Below, in pieces: positions 38,868-52,167 of a stretch of 64,000 nucleotides of DNA. A model generated the notes under the pieces. The model was not told the origin of the DNA. It made no database searches and saw only the letters and a program-made list of their open reading frames with translations. The stretch covers positions 53,072,001 to 53,136,000 of the forward strand of contig NC_043010.1 in the NCBI RefSeq assembly GCF_006345805.1. Reading direction: 5' to 3'. A program made the position numbers and the translations under genes. The DNA is from Octopus sinensis. Lineage: Eukaryota. The first letter of the stretch is position 1, and each line of letters begins with the position of its first letter.

Positions 38868-41457
38868 TTATTTCTACTATTTAAATTTTTTAGGTTTATC
38901 GTTCTTGAAACTTTGATTTTCGGGCATTGAAATTCTGTAGTATTCCGAAAGTCTGCAACATGATGTGGTCCATTTTATTATTGATTAAAATCTTTGTATT
39001 AACTACATATTGACAGTAAATGCGTTCATGTATTTCTATTTATTTTATTTCTTATTCTACTAAAACGGATTCCTCCCACCCACCCAATATTTTAAAATTC
39101 TAGAAAATTTAATTTCTGGTTTTCTCATACTGTAATGTTCTAGAAATTTCGTATTTCTGATTTTCACGAAATTATGTCAGTGAAAATTAGAATTTCTAAT
39201 CCACATATTCTAATCTGCTGGAATTTTACAATTTCCTATTTGGAAATGTGACATTTCTAGTTTCAAATATGCTGGAAGTTGAGATTTTAAGTGTTTCTTT
39301 TTTAACATCTAATATTTCTTATAGTTTAAATGCTTAAAATCTCTAGTTTCTGAAATTTTAATTTGAAGCTACGTATTCCATATTTTATGGAATTTTCTAG
39401 TTTTCCAATGTTTTAATGTTCTGGAAAATTTGAATTTCCAATTTTCTTATATTCTAATGTCTAAGAAATTTTCTATCACTGATTTTCTAATGTTCAAGAA
39501 AATCTAAATTTCTAATTCAAAAATTCTAATATTCTGGAATTTTACAATTCCTTGTTTGGAAATGTGATATTTCTATATTCATATATCCCACAATACTGGA
39601 AATTAAAATTTTAAAAGTAATTCCTCGAAATCTAATATTTCTTATAATTTTAATTGCTTAGAATCTCTACTGCTCACGCATTCTGAAATTTTAAATTCAA
39701 GTTACTTATTTCATATCATATTCTTGTGGCGAATATGAATTTTCTATTTTTCCAATATTTTTAAATTCTAGGAAATTGAAATTTCTGGTCTTCTCATATT
39801 CTACTGTTCGAGAAATTTTGTATCTCTGATGTTCACGAAATTATATTGGAAGGTTAGAATTTCTAATTCACACATTCTAATATTCTGGAATTTTACAATT
39901 CCTTTTTTGGAAATGTGATATTTCTATTTTCGTATATCCCACAATACTGGAAATTAAGATTTTATAAGTAATTCCTCGAAATCTAATATTTCTAATAATT
40001 TTAATTGCTTAGAATCTCTAGTGTTTACGCATTCTGAAATTCTAATTTCAAGCTACTTATTCTATAATTTATTCTTCTGGTGAATATAAATTTCCTAGTT
40101 TTGGAAAATTTTTTAATTCTAGGAAATTGAAATTTCTAGTCTTCTCATATTCTAATGTTCGAGAAATTTTGTATCTCTATGGTTCACAAAATTATAATGT
40201 TCTGGAAAATTAAAATTTATAATTAAATATATTAATATTCTGGAATTTCATTTCTTGTTTGAAAATGTGATATTTCTAGTTTCAGATATTCTGGAATATT
40301 GGAATTGACATTTTAAATTCTTTAAAAATAGTTCAGAATCTTCAGTTTCACGTATTCTGAAATTTTGATTTTAAGCTATTTATTCCATATATTATTACGT
40401 ATTCTGGTGAATATGAATTTTCTATTTTTCCAATATTTTAAAATTCTAGGAAATTGAAATTTCTGGTCTTCTCATATTCTAATGTACGAGAAATTTTGTA
40501 TCTCTATGGTTCACGAAATTATAATGTTCAAAAAAATTAAAATTTCTAATTAAATATATTAATATTCTGGAATTTCATTTCTTGTTTGAAAATGTGATAT
40601 TTCTAGTTCCAGATATTCTAGAATATTGGGATTGACATTTTAAATTCTTTAAAAATTGTTTAGAATCTTCAGTTTCACGTATTCTGAAAATTCAATTTTA
40701 AGCTATTTATTCCATATATTATTACGTATTCTGGTGAAATATGAATTTTCTCGTTTTCCCGTATTTCAATGTTCTGGAAAATTTTAATTTCCGGTTTTCA
40801 CCTATTCTGAGGTTCTAAAAATATTGTGTTTCTTATTTTCGCTTAATTATGCTCTGAAGATTTCATATTTTTCTCACATATTGCATGAAATGATCTTGAA
40901 ATTGAAAATGTTTAGATTAACCTTGTAATATATTTTTATTATAATATTAAAAATATCAAGTGTTCACATATTCTGGAAGTTTAATCTCTAGCATTATTTC
41001 CACATTCTTTTGAAAATTTGAAATTTGAAATTCTAGTTTCATCTGTTCAAATATATTGGAAGGTTAGAATTTACAACCCTGGTTCCTTCCAGTATTCTGG
41101 AAATCGATAATTTGACTTTCCACACTCTTTAAAACACTGGGAAGACGAATATGTAGGCTTCATATCTTATTATCATGAATATTAAGAATTACATATATTT
41201 TAATATTTTGGAAGTTTAAAATTTCTAATTTTTGCAGATTATCTTAAGTTTTCAGATATCCCGTTCTTCTAGAAAGTTGGTATTCTGTATTCAAATACTT
41301 TTATTTTTCTTATTTCTACTATTTAAATTTTTTAAGTTTACCGTTCTTGAAACTTTGGTTTTCGGGCATTGAAATTCTGTAGTATTCAAAAAGTCTGCAA
41401 CATGATGTGGTCCATTTTATTATTGATTAAAATCTTTGTATTAACCACATATTGACA
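38868..41457. repeat. AT-rich satellite (~320-350-bp degenerate units) bracketed by 148-bp direct repeats
   Basis: G(G/A)AAATGTGA(T/C)ATTTCTA at 39242, 39558, 39909, 40261 and 40588; flanks 38868-39015 and 41310-41457. Confidence 0.85.
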
Positions 41458-42536
41458 ATTTAATAATTTTGTTGTACCTCGGGTGGATAATCGTGCCAAT
41501 AACAAGCACACACATTGGTTCAATTTCACTTCTTTTATTATGATTAGTCAACTAATTAACCATTTATCCTACTTGGTATTTCGTGAGTTTGAGTTTTCTC
41601 ATCGCCAAATTGATTGAGTTGGTATACGGTCTGCAGATGATGCAGTCTTTTTTATAAAAGAGAAACTGAACTTAGATATCTATTTTTGTCTAAATGACAT
41701 TTTGAAGAAAAAATAAAATCTGTTTCAACACACAAGTTCATATCAAGTGTTTTGCAAGCGAAATACAAAAGCCAAAAAAAAAAAATGTGTATTGCTGGGA
41801 ACATTAGAAAAATTAATTTGCAATAGATATTCAATGAGGTAAAAAATATACCATTCAATTTCTAACATTGTTTATATTTTTCTGAAAGTATGGATAGTAA
41901 CTTTGGATTATTTCAATTTTCTGATCTCATCGACGAAACTTAATCTTCACCGTATTTGATAAAATAACGAAAGAATCATTAATTAAGTCTGCTGGTTTTG
42001 CATATCTTGACGTTGGAAAATATAAATGCATAATAAAGAAATTCATTGCATTATACGGTACCCTTGAAAGAAAATAACTATTTTAAGCGGGCACACCAAA
42101 AAGTTAAACAGAAATAGGTGTAAATGCCGAGAGCAACAGGAAACAATTCTTATCATATTTCTATCTTATTCTCAATCTTGAACATTTTACGTAGCGCCGT
42201 CTTTATCATTATATCGCCTACAACGAACACTTTGTTGATGAGATCAGAATAATATCCAAACATGTATGAAGTTGTTTCGTTGCCTCTAATACTTGTCATG
42301 AAATAAAAATATAATTCAACCAGTGATAACTAATTTCTATTTCGTATTCCATACTGTCATTTATTTCCGGTTAGCTTTATTCAATGATTTAAGCATTAAA
42401 TATACTTTTGTTTGATTAATAAATTCGTTAGTTATATAACCTATTGTTTCTTTAATAAACTCAAATGTCTGCTATTCTGCTATTCTGTAGTCTATTCATT
42501 CTTACTGTCCAAATAAACACTCCAGTAGACGAAGAT

Positions 42537-42548
42537 TATTATTATTAC

Positions 42549-42638
<90 letters not shown>

Positions 42639-42694
42639 TATTACTACTATTGCTATTACCAGAATTATTATTACTATTATCATCATCATCATCA

Positions 42695-42771
<77 letters not shown>

Positions 42772-42989
42772 TAGTTTTATTTTTTATAGCGTGCTTTCAC
42801 TTCACTACCGAGCGCAGCTCTGTGTGCCTTGGGTATGTGCTGTGATTTGTTGTGATGCTCTGATGGTTATTGTATGGAAAGTGTTCTGTGTAAGATGTGT
42901 GCAGTGCCTAGTAGTGCAATATTTTGTATGTTATATATGTTTGTAAGTCCTGGTGTTTTTGTTATGTATTTGTCTGAATATTTTTTATC

Positions 42990-43080
<91 letters not shown>

Positions 43081-43391
43081 GTATTGCAAGTTTCGGGTTA
43101 TCAAGACAGGCAAGATAGGTCGACCATCTCATTGCAAATTACACTGCATCGCCATTTACATCTTATTCTACTTGACCGAAAGATGAAAACTAAATGGACA
43201 CTCATTCTTGTCTGCTTAAAGAACTGAACTGAAGACCAAAAATAAAAAAACATATATAACAATACAAATAAAAATATATAAAAAAAATAGCAAAATTAAA
43301 AAAAAAATAGTGAATCCTAAATAGTCTGGAATTGCTTTCTGAAAAGTTCTTTGATCAACGATCTCTTCCAAATGAAAGCAATCTTCAGTTG

Positions 43392-43446
<55 letters not shown>

Positions 43447-43591
43447 CAGTCGTAGTAGTAGTAGTAGTACTAAGTCAGATCGAGTATTTTTTTCTTCTAT
43501 TTCTATAAATGACTGGTTTCCATGGTTTTTTGTTGTGTTTGTTGTGTTCAGTGGTAGATGATGGTTTTAGCTTTTATTATTATTTTTATTA

Positions 43592-43622
<31 letters not shown>

Positions 43623-43648
43623 CATTATTATTATTATTATTATCATCA

Positions 43649-43689
<41 letters not shown>

Positions 43690-43750
43690 GTTATTATTGT
43701 TATTATTATTATTATTATCATTATTATTATCATTATTATATTATTATTAT
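42537..43750. repeat. (ATT)n, (CAT)n and (GTA)n microsatellite cluster
   Basis: Direct observation. Confidence 0.95.
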
Positions 43751-44033
43751 AGTTGTTGATGTTGTTTCGGTTCTTGACGTTGTTGTAGATGCTGTCGTCG
43801 CTGTTTTATATTCGAGAGCACCGCCTCTCCCACCTCCCCTCTCTCTTCCCACCTTTCTCTTTTATCTACTTTCCTTCGTGCCTTTCTTCCCACCTTCCTT
43901 CTCTCCTTCCTTCGTTTCATCTTATATTCTATCCTTTTTTTTACTTTCTTATCCTTATTTTCGTCTTTTTCATTTTCTTTCTGTTCGTTCTCCTTATTTC
44001 GTTCACTTGTTCATTTGTCTTTTCAGCCATATT

Positions 44034-44076
<43 letters not shown>

Positions 44077-44392
44077 ACATTTTCCTTCCTCCTTTTCTTT
44101 CTTTCTTTCTATGTTTCTTTCTTTCTTTCTTTCTTTCTTTCTTTCCTTCTAGGTTGTTTGTTTGTTTCTTTGTTTCTACACTCCTTCCTATCTATCTTTC
44201 TTTATTCCTTTCCTTCTTTATTTTTCTTCCTTCCTTCTCTTCCCTTTCTTCTGTTCAATCTCTATTACTTCACCTCTCTCCCAAACTTGAGTGTTTTCTT
44301 TTTTAATCCCTTCCATATAACATTTCCTCTTTTCTTTCCTTTAATTTCCTTTCATTTACTTATTCCTTTCATTCTTTCAAAAAAGTCCTTCA

Positions 44393-44550
44393 TAGGCGCA
44401 GGAGTGGCTATTTGGTATGTAGCTTACTTACCAACCACATGGTTCCGAGTTCATTCCCATTGCGTGGCACCTAGGGCAAGTGTCTTCTACTATAGCCGCG
44501 GGCCGACCAAAGCCTTGTGAGTGGATTTAGTAGACGGAAACTGAATGAAG
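44393..44550 (+). mobile_element. SINE family B 5' half
   Basis: GGCGCAGGAGTGGCT...GACGGAAACTGAATGAAGCC. Confidence 0.85.
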
Positions 44551-44589
44551 CCTATATTGATATATAGTAATTTACATTATTTTGAATTA

Positions 44590-44746
44590 ATTACGCATTA
44601 TCTTGAAGCTTTGAGATTTCCGTTATGTGCTTGTATATTTTTAGAATGATATTGTAGAGTAGGTGTAAGAGGCCAAGTTGTGACGGAACATTAAACAGGT
44701 AGAGTATTTGGGCCCTACATGACTTGTTTAAATGCTAAAGGGTTAA
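44590..44746. mobile_element. Possible piggyBac-type MITE end
   Basis: Ends TGCTAAAGGG|TTAA; no partner end found. Confidence 0.3.
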
Positions 44747-45284
44747 ACTCACCACACTATATAAACATAGGCCATCGAACTTTTTTCCATTGTTCGAAAC
44801 CCTTGACTATAAAACCCTCTTCTCTCAAGCCCATTTGGTTTTGAATTATCTTTGATGAGTCTGTAAATTTGAATTGCCCCAGGCGTTGGCCTCACGCAAA
44901 CCAACTTTTACACCTAGGGAACGGTGATCCCTATTAGGATGGTCTCTATACTTTGATACGCCAAAACGTTGTAGATTCTACCAAGAGATTGTGCTTTGTT
45001 GGCATAGCTCTCAGGTTCATTGAAATACACATACCCCCACACAGTAACGCGGATAGAATCTCATAGCAGCAAAATACTACTAATCTTGAAGTTTGATATG
45101 CCAGATATAGTGACTGTTTGAATAATCGAGCGTGTGACACTTTATGCTCTCATATATGCTCTCCACCATATACTGTGAAGACACTATTACTTTAAAACCC
45201 AAATAATTGAGATCAAGTGATCAGAAATTTGAATTTCGTGATCCTGAAAGGTCTCTAAGACTACATAAAGTAAAATGAATAAAC

Positions 45285-45700
45285 TGAGTGTGGTAAGAAG
45301 CTTGCTTACCAACCACATGGTTACGGGTTCAGTCCCACTGTGTGGCACCTTGGTGAAGTGTCTTCTACTATAGCCTCGGGCCGACCAAAGCCTTGTGAGT
45401 GGATTTGGTGGATGGAACCTGAAAGAAGCACGTCGTATATATGTATATATATATATAAATGTATGTATGTATGTATGTGTGTGTATATGTTTGTGTGACT
45501 GTGTTTGTCCCCCGAGCATTGCTTGACAACCGATGGTGGTATGTTTACGTCTCCGTAACTTAGCGGTTCGGCAAAAGAGTCCGATAGAATAAGTACTAGG
45601 CTTACAAAGAATAAGTCCTGGGGTCGATTTGTTCGACTAAAGGCGGTGCTCCAGCGTAGCCGCAATCAAATGACTGAAACATGTAAAAGAGTAAAAGAGT
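45285..45700 (+). mobile_element. SINE family B, near full length
   Basis: Both halves plus AGTAAAAG tail. Confidence 0.9.
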
Positions 45701-46484
45701 ATACACACACAGTATACCCTATGGAGCATAGGCCCGGTTTTCCGGTTTTGCTGGCGTATATACACCAGTCCGTTGAAGAATTATTTTTCCAGCTGAACGA
45801 ACGCGAACTCAAACAACGTGAAATGTAATGTTTTGCTCAAGAATACAACGAGTCGATCTATCTGGTAATCGAACCCACGATCCTGCAATCGTCAGTTCGT
45901 TTGTCGAACTCGCCAAGACAAAATCAAAATGGTTAAAAACAAAATTTCGTTGTTCATTTATATGAATCAGATGTTTTTTTTTTTTTGCTTTGTTTAGAAA
46001 AGGAAAATAAATATTTTTTTTTATTCTACAAAAAAGGGTTAAAGCGAGAAAGAAAAACCATGCGTAGGGAGAAAAAATAGACAAAGAGAAAGTGAGAGAG
46101 GTTTCAGGACAATCAAGAAAGGTTCTTGATTGTACTTCTGTCTCAGACTATTTTTTTTTCTGCTCCCTCATTGCTTTTCTTTCTTTCTTTCTTTCCCCCT
46201 TTCTTGATTGTCCTGAAACCTCTCTCTTCCCCTTTTGATTTTCATTCTCTTTTCCCCCTACCCCCAAATATTTTTATCCTCTTCTAAACGAAGCAAATAA
46301 ACCATTTTAAATTTGTCTTGACGAGTTCAATAAGCGAAAGAAAGCGCCAATAGAGAATTATCCAAAATTCCGACTTCCTGCTTTTTCTCAATAAACAATA
46401 TCTGTACATCACTTCAAGCATTCTAACATATATATATATCAAAATATATAGCCATACATATATTTATATGTTTATGTATGGACC

Positions 46485-46833
46485 GATGCCAACCCCGCCT
46501 CGAATGGCTTCTGTGCCGGTGGCACATAAAAAGCACCATCCGAACGTGGCCGATGCCAGCTCCGCCTCGACTGGCTTCTGTGCCGGTGACACATAAAAAG
46601 CACCAACCGATCGTGGCCGATGCCAGACCCCTCTGGCACCTGTGCAGGTGGCACGTAAAAAGCACCCACTACACTCGCGGAGTGGTTGGCGTTAGGAAGG
46701 GCATCCAGCTGTAGAAACACTGCCAGATCAGACTGGAGCCTGGAGCAGCCCCTGGCTCCCCAGACCCCGGTCGAACCGTCCAACCCGTGCTAGCGCGGAA
46801 AACGGACGTTAAACGATGATGATGATGATGATA
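46485..46833 (+). mobile_element. SINE or LINE-type 3' tail with 67-bp tandem repeats, ending in (GAT)n
   Basis: GATGCC units at 46485, 46552 and 46619; GTTAGGAAGGGCATCCAGCTGTAGAAAC...GGACGTTAAAC(GAT)n. Confidence 0.7.
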
Positions 46834-47104
46834 TATGTATTCTTGTATGTACGTATGTATGTATGTATTCACGTATGTTAGGATGTATATATCTTAAGAT
46901 TAGTATTTGGTAAGCGGAAATCGAGCGAAAATAAAAAAAAAACCGAAGGCATAATCCAACCAAGTTTTAAAGAGTATCTGGTTGACTTTCGCCCGCATGT
47001 GCTACGAAGTGTATTTCTATTATCCCTCACTTTTTCCGTCAGATTTAGGAACTATAATTTGAAAAACTATAATTTCATAAATCTGACGGAAAGAAGCAAG
47101 GGGT

Positions 47105-47195
47105 GCGTACTTTGGTGTAATGGTAGTACACCTGTCCCGAAAACATAGGAGTGTCGGTTCAAGTCCCACGCGTACGGAAAATCCTACCTTTTTTT
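47105..47195 (+). pseudogene. tRNA-like Pol III unit (tRNA pseudogene or isolated SINE head)
   Basis: A-box TGGTGTAATGG (47113-47123), B-box GGTTCAAGTCC (47156-47166), D-stem GTGT/ACAC, partial acceptor and T stems, T7 run at 47189-47195; anticodon arm imperfect. Confidence 0.5.
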
Positions 47196-47381
47196 CCGTC
47201 GTGGGCTAATATGTCCCAGTATCAGACTATTTACCTTAATTAATTCACGGTGATCGCATATAAGCTTTAAACTTATAAAATATTGTTATTATTATTATTT
47301 ACAGAATTGTAAAATCGACACCGGTAACAACGTGCTTATTCAGAATAAAAATTCCGCACTGAATATTCTCCGGTTAAATTT

Positions 47382-47985
47382 ACAATTTAAAAATAGAATA
47401 AAATCTTTAAGAATTTATCATGTAGTTAGCGTGAAAAACCTCATATCCATCAATTTTTTCACTTAAATATGTTTATTTATATTATGTAGAGGTCATTGCT
47501 ACACATAAATGCCACAGGCTAGGAGAGACTCTTAAAGTCAAAACTACTAAAATAAATAAACGTCGTACCGAATGCAACATAGATGTATAAGGAATTAACA
47601 TTTCTATATACTATGTTGGCTACGATGGTTGTTCGTCTAGTATGTTGATTTTGTTCATTCATTACAAATCTTGAATTATGCTTGTACTGATGAGTAAAGA
47701 GTGCACCACTGCACTGATTATGAAATCACAGTGATCCGCAGCTAAATTCTGTTTTTAAATGACTTGCTTCGAGAGTTGCATTCGGTACGATATGTTTATT
47801 TATTTTAGTAGTTTTGATTTTAAGAGTCCCTCCTAGTGTGTGGAATTTATGTGTAGTAATTCCCTCTATATAATATAAATAAATATATTTAAGTGAAAAA
47901 ATTGGTAGATTTTTTTCTTTTATAAGGTTTTTCACGCTAACTACATGATAAATTTTATAAAGATTTTATCCTATTTTAAATTATA
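47382..47985. mobile_element. Fold-back element with ~200-bp inverted arms around a hammerhead-like motif
   Basis: 47382-47578 vs 47775-47985 are roughly 85-90% identical in reverse complement. Confidence 0.8.
47672..47750 (+). ncRNA. Type I hammerhead-like motif (canonical core, decayed helix I)
   Basis: CTGATGA-GTAA(AG)AGTGCA-CCAC-TGCACT(GA)TTAT-GAAATCAC-A-GTGAT-C. Confidence 0.55.
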
Positions 47986-48029
47986 TTATAATATATATAT
48001 ATATATTATATATATATATTATATATATG

Positions 48030-48350
48030 TAGGTCCCGGGTTGATTCGGGGTTAACCACAGTAAATAAGGTACTCAATACATAGCAGAGTAAAATTAATT
48101 TATTATATAGAAGGAGCTTCTACAGGACTAGAACTGTTTCATTCAAGAGAAATCTTCAGGAAGCTAGTTAACAAGAATTGTATTGGCATTTATACATTTA
48201 GGCAGGTTTAAAGGGGTATTGGTGGGGGACTTTTTGGGGGTAGGCATAGCGCAAAATATCATACTTGGGGGAGTGGTCAAGGAGTCAGTGTTAAATTAGA
48301 TAGAAGAATAAATAAAAAATTAAAAAATAAAAAAATAAAAAAAATAAAAA
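48030..48350 (-). mobile_element. Penelope-type end, family F (hammerhead-like CTGAAGA..GAAAC at 48127-48168)
   Basis: Near-identical inverted partner at 51810-52075. Confidence 0.65.
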
Positions 48351-48399
48351 ATATATATATATAAAAAAGGGGAATAGAGTTTTAGGTAAATAAGGAGAT

Positions 48400-49251
48400 T
48401 CTCACTTATACCTATGCACATATGTATACATATATACACACGCATACAAACATATATACATATACATACACACATACATACACACATATATATATATACA
48501 TATATATACACTTACACATACATATACATATCTACACATACACATATATGTATACATACACACACTCACATGCATACACGTATACACACATGTATATATA
48601 CACACACGACCACACATACATATACACACAGAAAAATATATATACACATACACACACATACTCACATACACGCATACACACACAAATCCACACACACACA
48701 TGCACACACAGCACGCTAGTCCCTATATATATACATATATACACATACACACATATATACACACACATACATATACATACATTATATAATATATATATAT
48801 ATATCATATATATATTATATATATATATATATATACATATGTGTACCTATGCATACCTACACATACACACATATATATAATACACATACAAATACAGACC
48901 CATTCCCTAATTTTAATTTATTATCTTCGTTTATTACTTTTGTTATCTTTGGCCGTGGTCACAAAACATCTTGGCTATGACAGCCAGTCCATTTATCTGT
49001 CTACTGGAAAACAAGCACTCATTCACTCACGCACACTCTTTAGCACGTACACCACTCATTCGTACACTAATACACATACACGCACGCACGCGTTATATTC
49101 ATACATACATACATCTACATACATTCACGTATATACACATACGTACGCGTACCTACAGATTCATGTCTACACTCTTAGAAGGCTAGTCTATACATAACAC
49201 AATAATATAAATACACACATATACACGTACACCCAATACAAATACATACAA

Positions 49252-49308
<57 letters not shown>

Positions 49309-50230
49309 TCACAATATATACACATATATACATATATATACATATACACTATATACACATAACACATATACACATATATACACAACATACATATCATACA
49401 TATACACACATACACATACATACGTATACATACATACATAATCCATACATCCATACATACATACATTTATACACATACACACACCCACCAACATATATAT
49501 TATATATATATATATATACATATATACATATACATATTCATACACACAATACATATACATACATACATATACAAAATACGCCACACGTACATACATACTC
49601 ATATACACATACACGCACATACACATGTACATGCGTACCCATACACACACACACACGCGCGCATACATATATACACATGAGTACACACATGCGTAAAAGT
49701 ATACATATATCTATGCTTACACATACACACACACACACACGCGCCTCCTTATATTCATACTTACATGCATACTCAAAAAATAAGTAAATAGTAAAATATA
49801 TATACGCGGCAGTTAGTCATACATGCATACTCAAAAATAAATAATAAATATTAAGTATATGTACGTGCAGTTACCTATTATATAGACGGATACATACATA
49901 TAAACTTACACACATATCTATATATATATTATATATAATATATATTATATATAATATATATACTATATTACACATATATATACATATAATATATACACAT
50001 AATATATTACCACACATACACATATATATATAACATACTTACACACATGTACAAATATATACACACATAGATAACTTACGTACCTACATATACATAAACA
50101 CACGAGCGTACGCGTATATGTACATATACACATACACATACACACGCATATATATACATACATACATACACATGCACACACATATACACATATATATATA
50201 CACATATATATATATACAACACATATATAT
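48400..50230. repeat. (CA)/(TA) low-complexity field
   Basis: Direct observation. Confidence 0.9.
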
Positions 50231-50890
50231 ATATATTAATATATATATAAACGGGAAGCTTTATGAAATATAAACAAAAGACGAAGGCAGGTGGAAAACA
50301 AACGAACAATTGTATTAGTATGGCGCTCAGGAAATATTAAATAAAACAAGTCTTTAACGGTTTCGAGCCTACGCTCTTCAACAGAAAGATACACAGAGAG
50401 AGAAAAACACAGAAAGAAGGAGAGAAAAAAATGCGTGCCAGTAGCTAACGAATCAACATGCGATCTGATTTCGGCCAGAGGTCAAGATCAAACATGAGAC
50501 GCGAGAGCGAAATAAGGGAGATAATAGGGTTGATAAAGGGTTGAGGACCAGCTAAAAGGCGTGGGAGGGGTCTGGATGTGTGTATGTATAGGTTGGTGTA
50601 TGTATTAGTATGTATAAGGTGTGTGTGTGTGTGTGTTGTGGTGTGTGTTGAGAGAGTATTAGTGCGTAAGATTGGTCTGGACGTGCGTATGTATGGGGTT
50701 GGTGTGTATTAGTATGTATTAGTATGTATTAGTACGTATTGGTATGTATAGGTGTGTGTGTGTGTGTGTGAGAGAGTATAAAGTGCGTATGCGGGGTCTG
50801 GACGTGTGTATGTATAGGTTGGTGTAAGTAGTAGTAGTATTACTAGTATGTATTAGTACGTATTAGTATGTATTAGTTGTTGTGTGTATT
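50230..50890 (-). mobile_element. Penelope-like 3' end, family D, with minimal hammerhead at 50351-50389 and an internal minisatellite
   Basis: TCTTT-CTGTTGA-A-GAGC-GTAG-GCTC-GAAAC-C-GTT-AAAGA; GGGGTCTGGA(C/T)GTG repeats at 50567-50810. Confidence 0.7.
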
Positions 50891-50937
50891 AGTATGGCAC
50901 ATCATATGTGATGTGATGTGTAAAGTCATGTGGTTGT

Positions 50938-51180
50938 AGTGAGGAGAAGAGGGGGAGGGGGAGAAGAGGGGGGGAGAGAAGGGGAGGGGAAAGAAGAGGG
51001 GGAGGAGAAGGGGGAGAGGAGACGATGGGGAGAAGGAAGTGAGGAGGGGGATGAAGGAGGAAAGAGGGAGGGGGGGAGAGAGAGAAGGGGAGAGAGGGAG
51101 TGAGGGAGCAGAGGGAGGGGAAAGGGGAGGGAGAAAGAGGGAAGAAGGGAAGGGGAGAAGTAGGGGTGAAAGGATGAAGG
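50938..51180 (+). repeat. G/A-only purine tract with multiple G-runs
   Basis: Direct observation. Confidence 0.85.
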
Positions 51181-51623
51181 GAACACACACATATACCTGT
51201 GTGCAAACATACGTACATACTCATACAAGCACACACACTTATATTTACATATATACACACACTTACACGCATATATACATACACATATACATACATACAT
51301 ACATATATGCATACATACGCACACACATATATATATATATACATACATACACATACACATACCTATACATATATATACACACATATATACACATGCACAT
51401 ACTTATATCTCTATATACTCGCATATACATATATATATATATATATATACATATACACACACATACATATACCTATATACATGTATATATACACATACAT
51501 ATATATACACATCTACATTAGTATCTACACTCACATACATGCACTACACATAACTCTACATACCTACATACATTACATACTCGCGTACACTCATATATAT
51601 GCACATATACACATACACACACC

Positions 51624-51654
<31 letters not shown>

Positions 51655-51809
51655 AATATATACATATATAATACACAAATACACACCATACATATATATA
51701 TATATATATATAATATATACATATATATATATCACACACCACACACACCAAAATATACATATATATATATATATATATACATATACATACATACATACAC
51801 ATATGTATA

Positions 51810-52066
51810 TATATATATATTTTTTTATTTTTTATTTTTTTATTTTTTTATTTTTTATTTATTCTTCTATCTAATTTAACACTGACTCCTTGACCACTCC
51901 CCCAAGTATGATATTTTGCGCTATGCCTACCCCCAATAAGTCCCCCACCAATACCCCTTTAAACCTGATAAATGTATAAATGCCAATACAATTCTTGTTA
52001 ACTAGCTTCCTGAAGATTTCTCTTGAATGAAAACAGTTCTAGTCCTGTAGAAGCTCCTTCTATATA

Positions 52067-52075
<9 letters not shown>
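51810..52075 (+). mobile_element. Penelope-type end, family F (hammerhead-like at 52001-52043)
   Basis: Reverse complement of 48090-48350. Confidence 0.65.
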
Positions 52076-52099
<24 letters not shown>

Positions 52100-52167
52100 A
52101 TTATATTGATAAAACGGTAAGATACAAAGAAAGAAAGAGACCTCAATATTATGTAATAGAGGAAATT

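Noticed and set aside
38868-41457. 148-bp direct repeats as LTRs
   Set aside because: No TG start, PBS, PPT, TSD or coding remnant; the interior is satellite.
44780-45170. Possible LINE RT remnant on the minus strand
   Set aside because: No motif could be aligned convincingly.
50938-51180. G-quadruplex as a functional element
   Set aside because: Ordinary low-complexity purine repeat with no supporting context.
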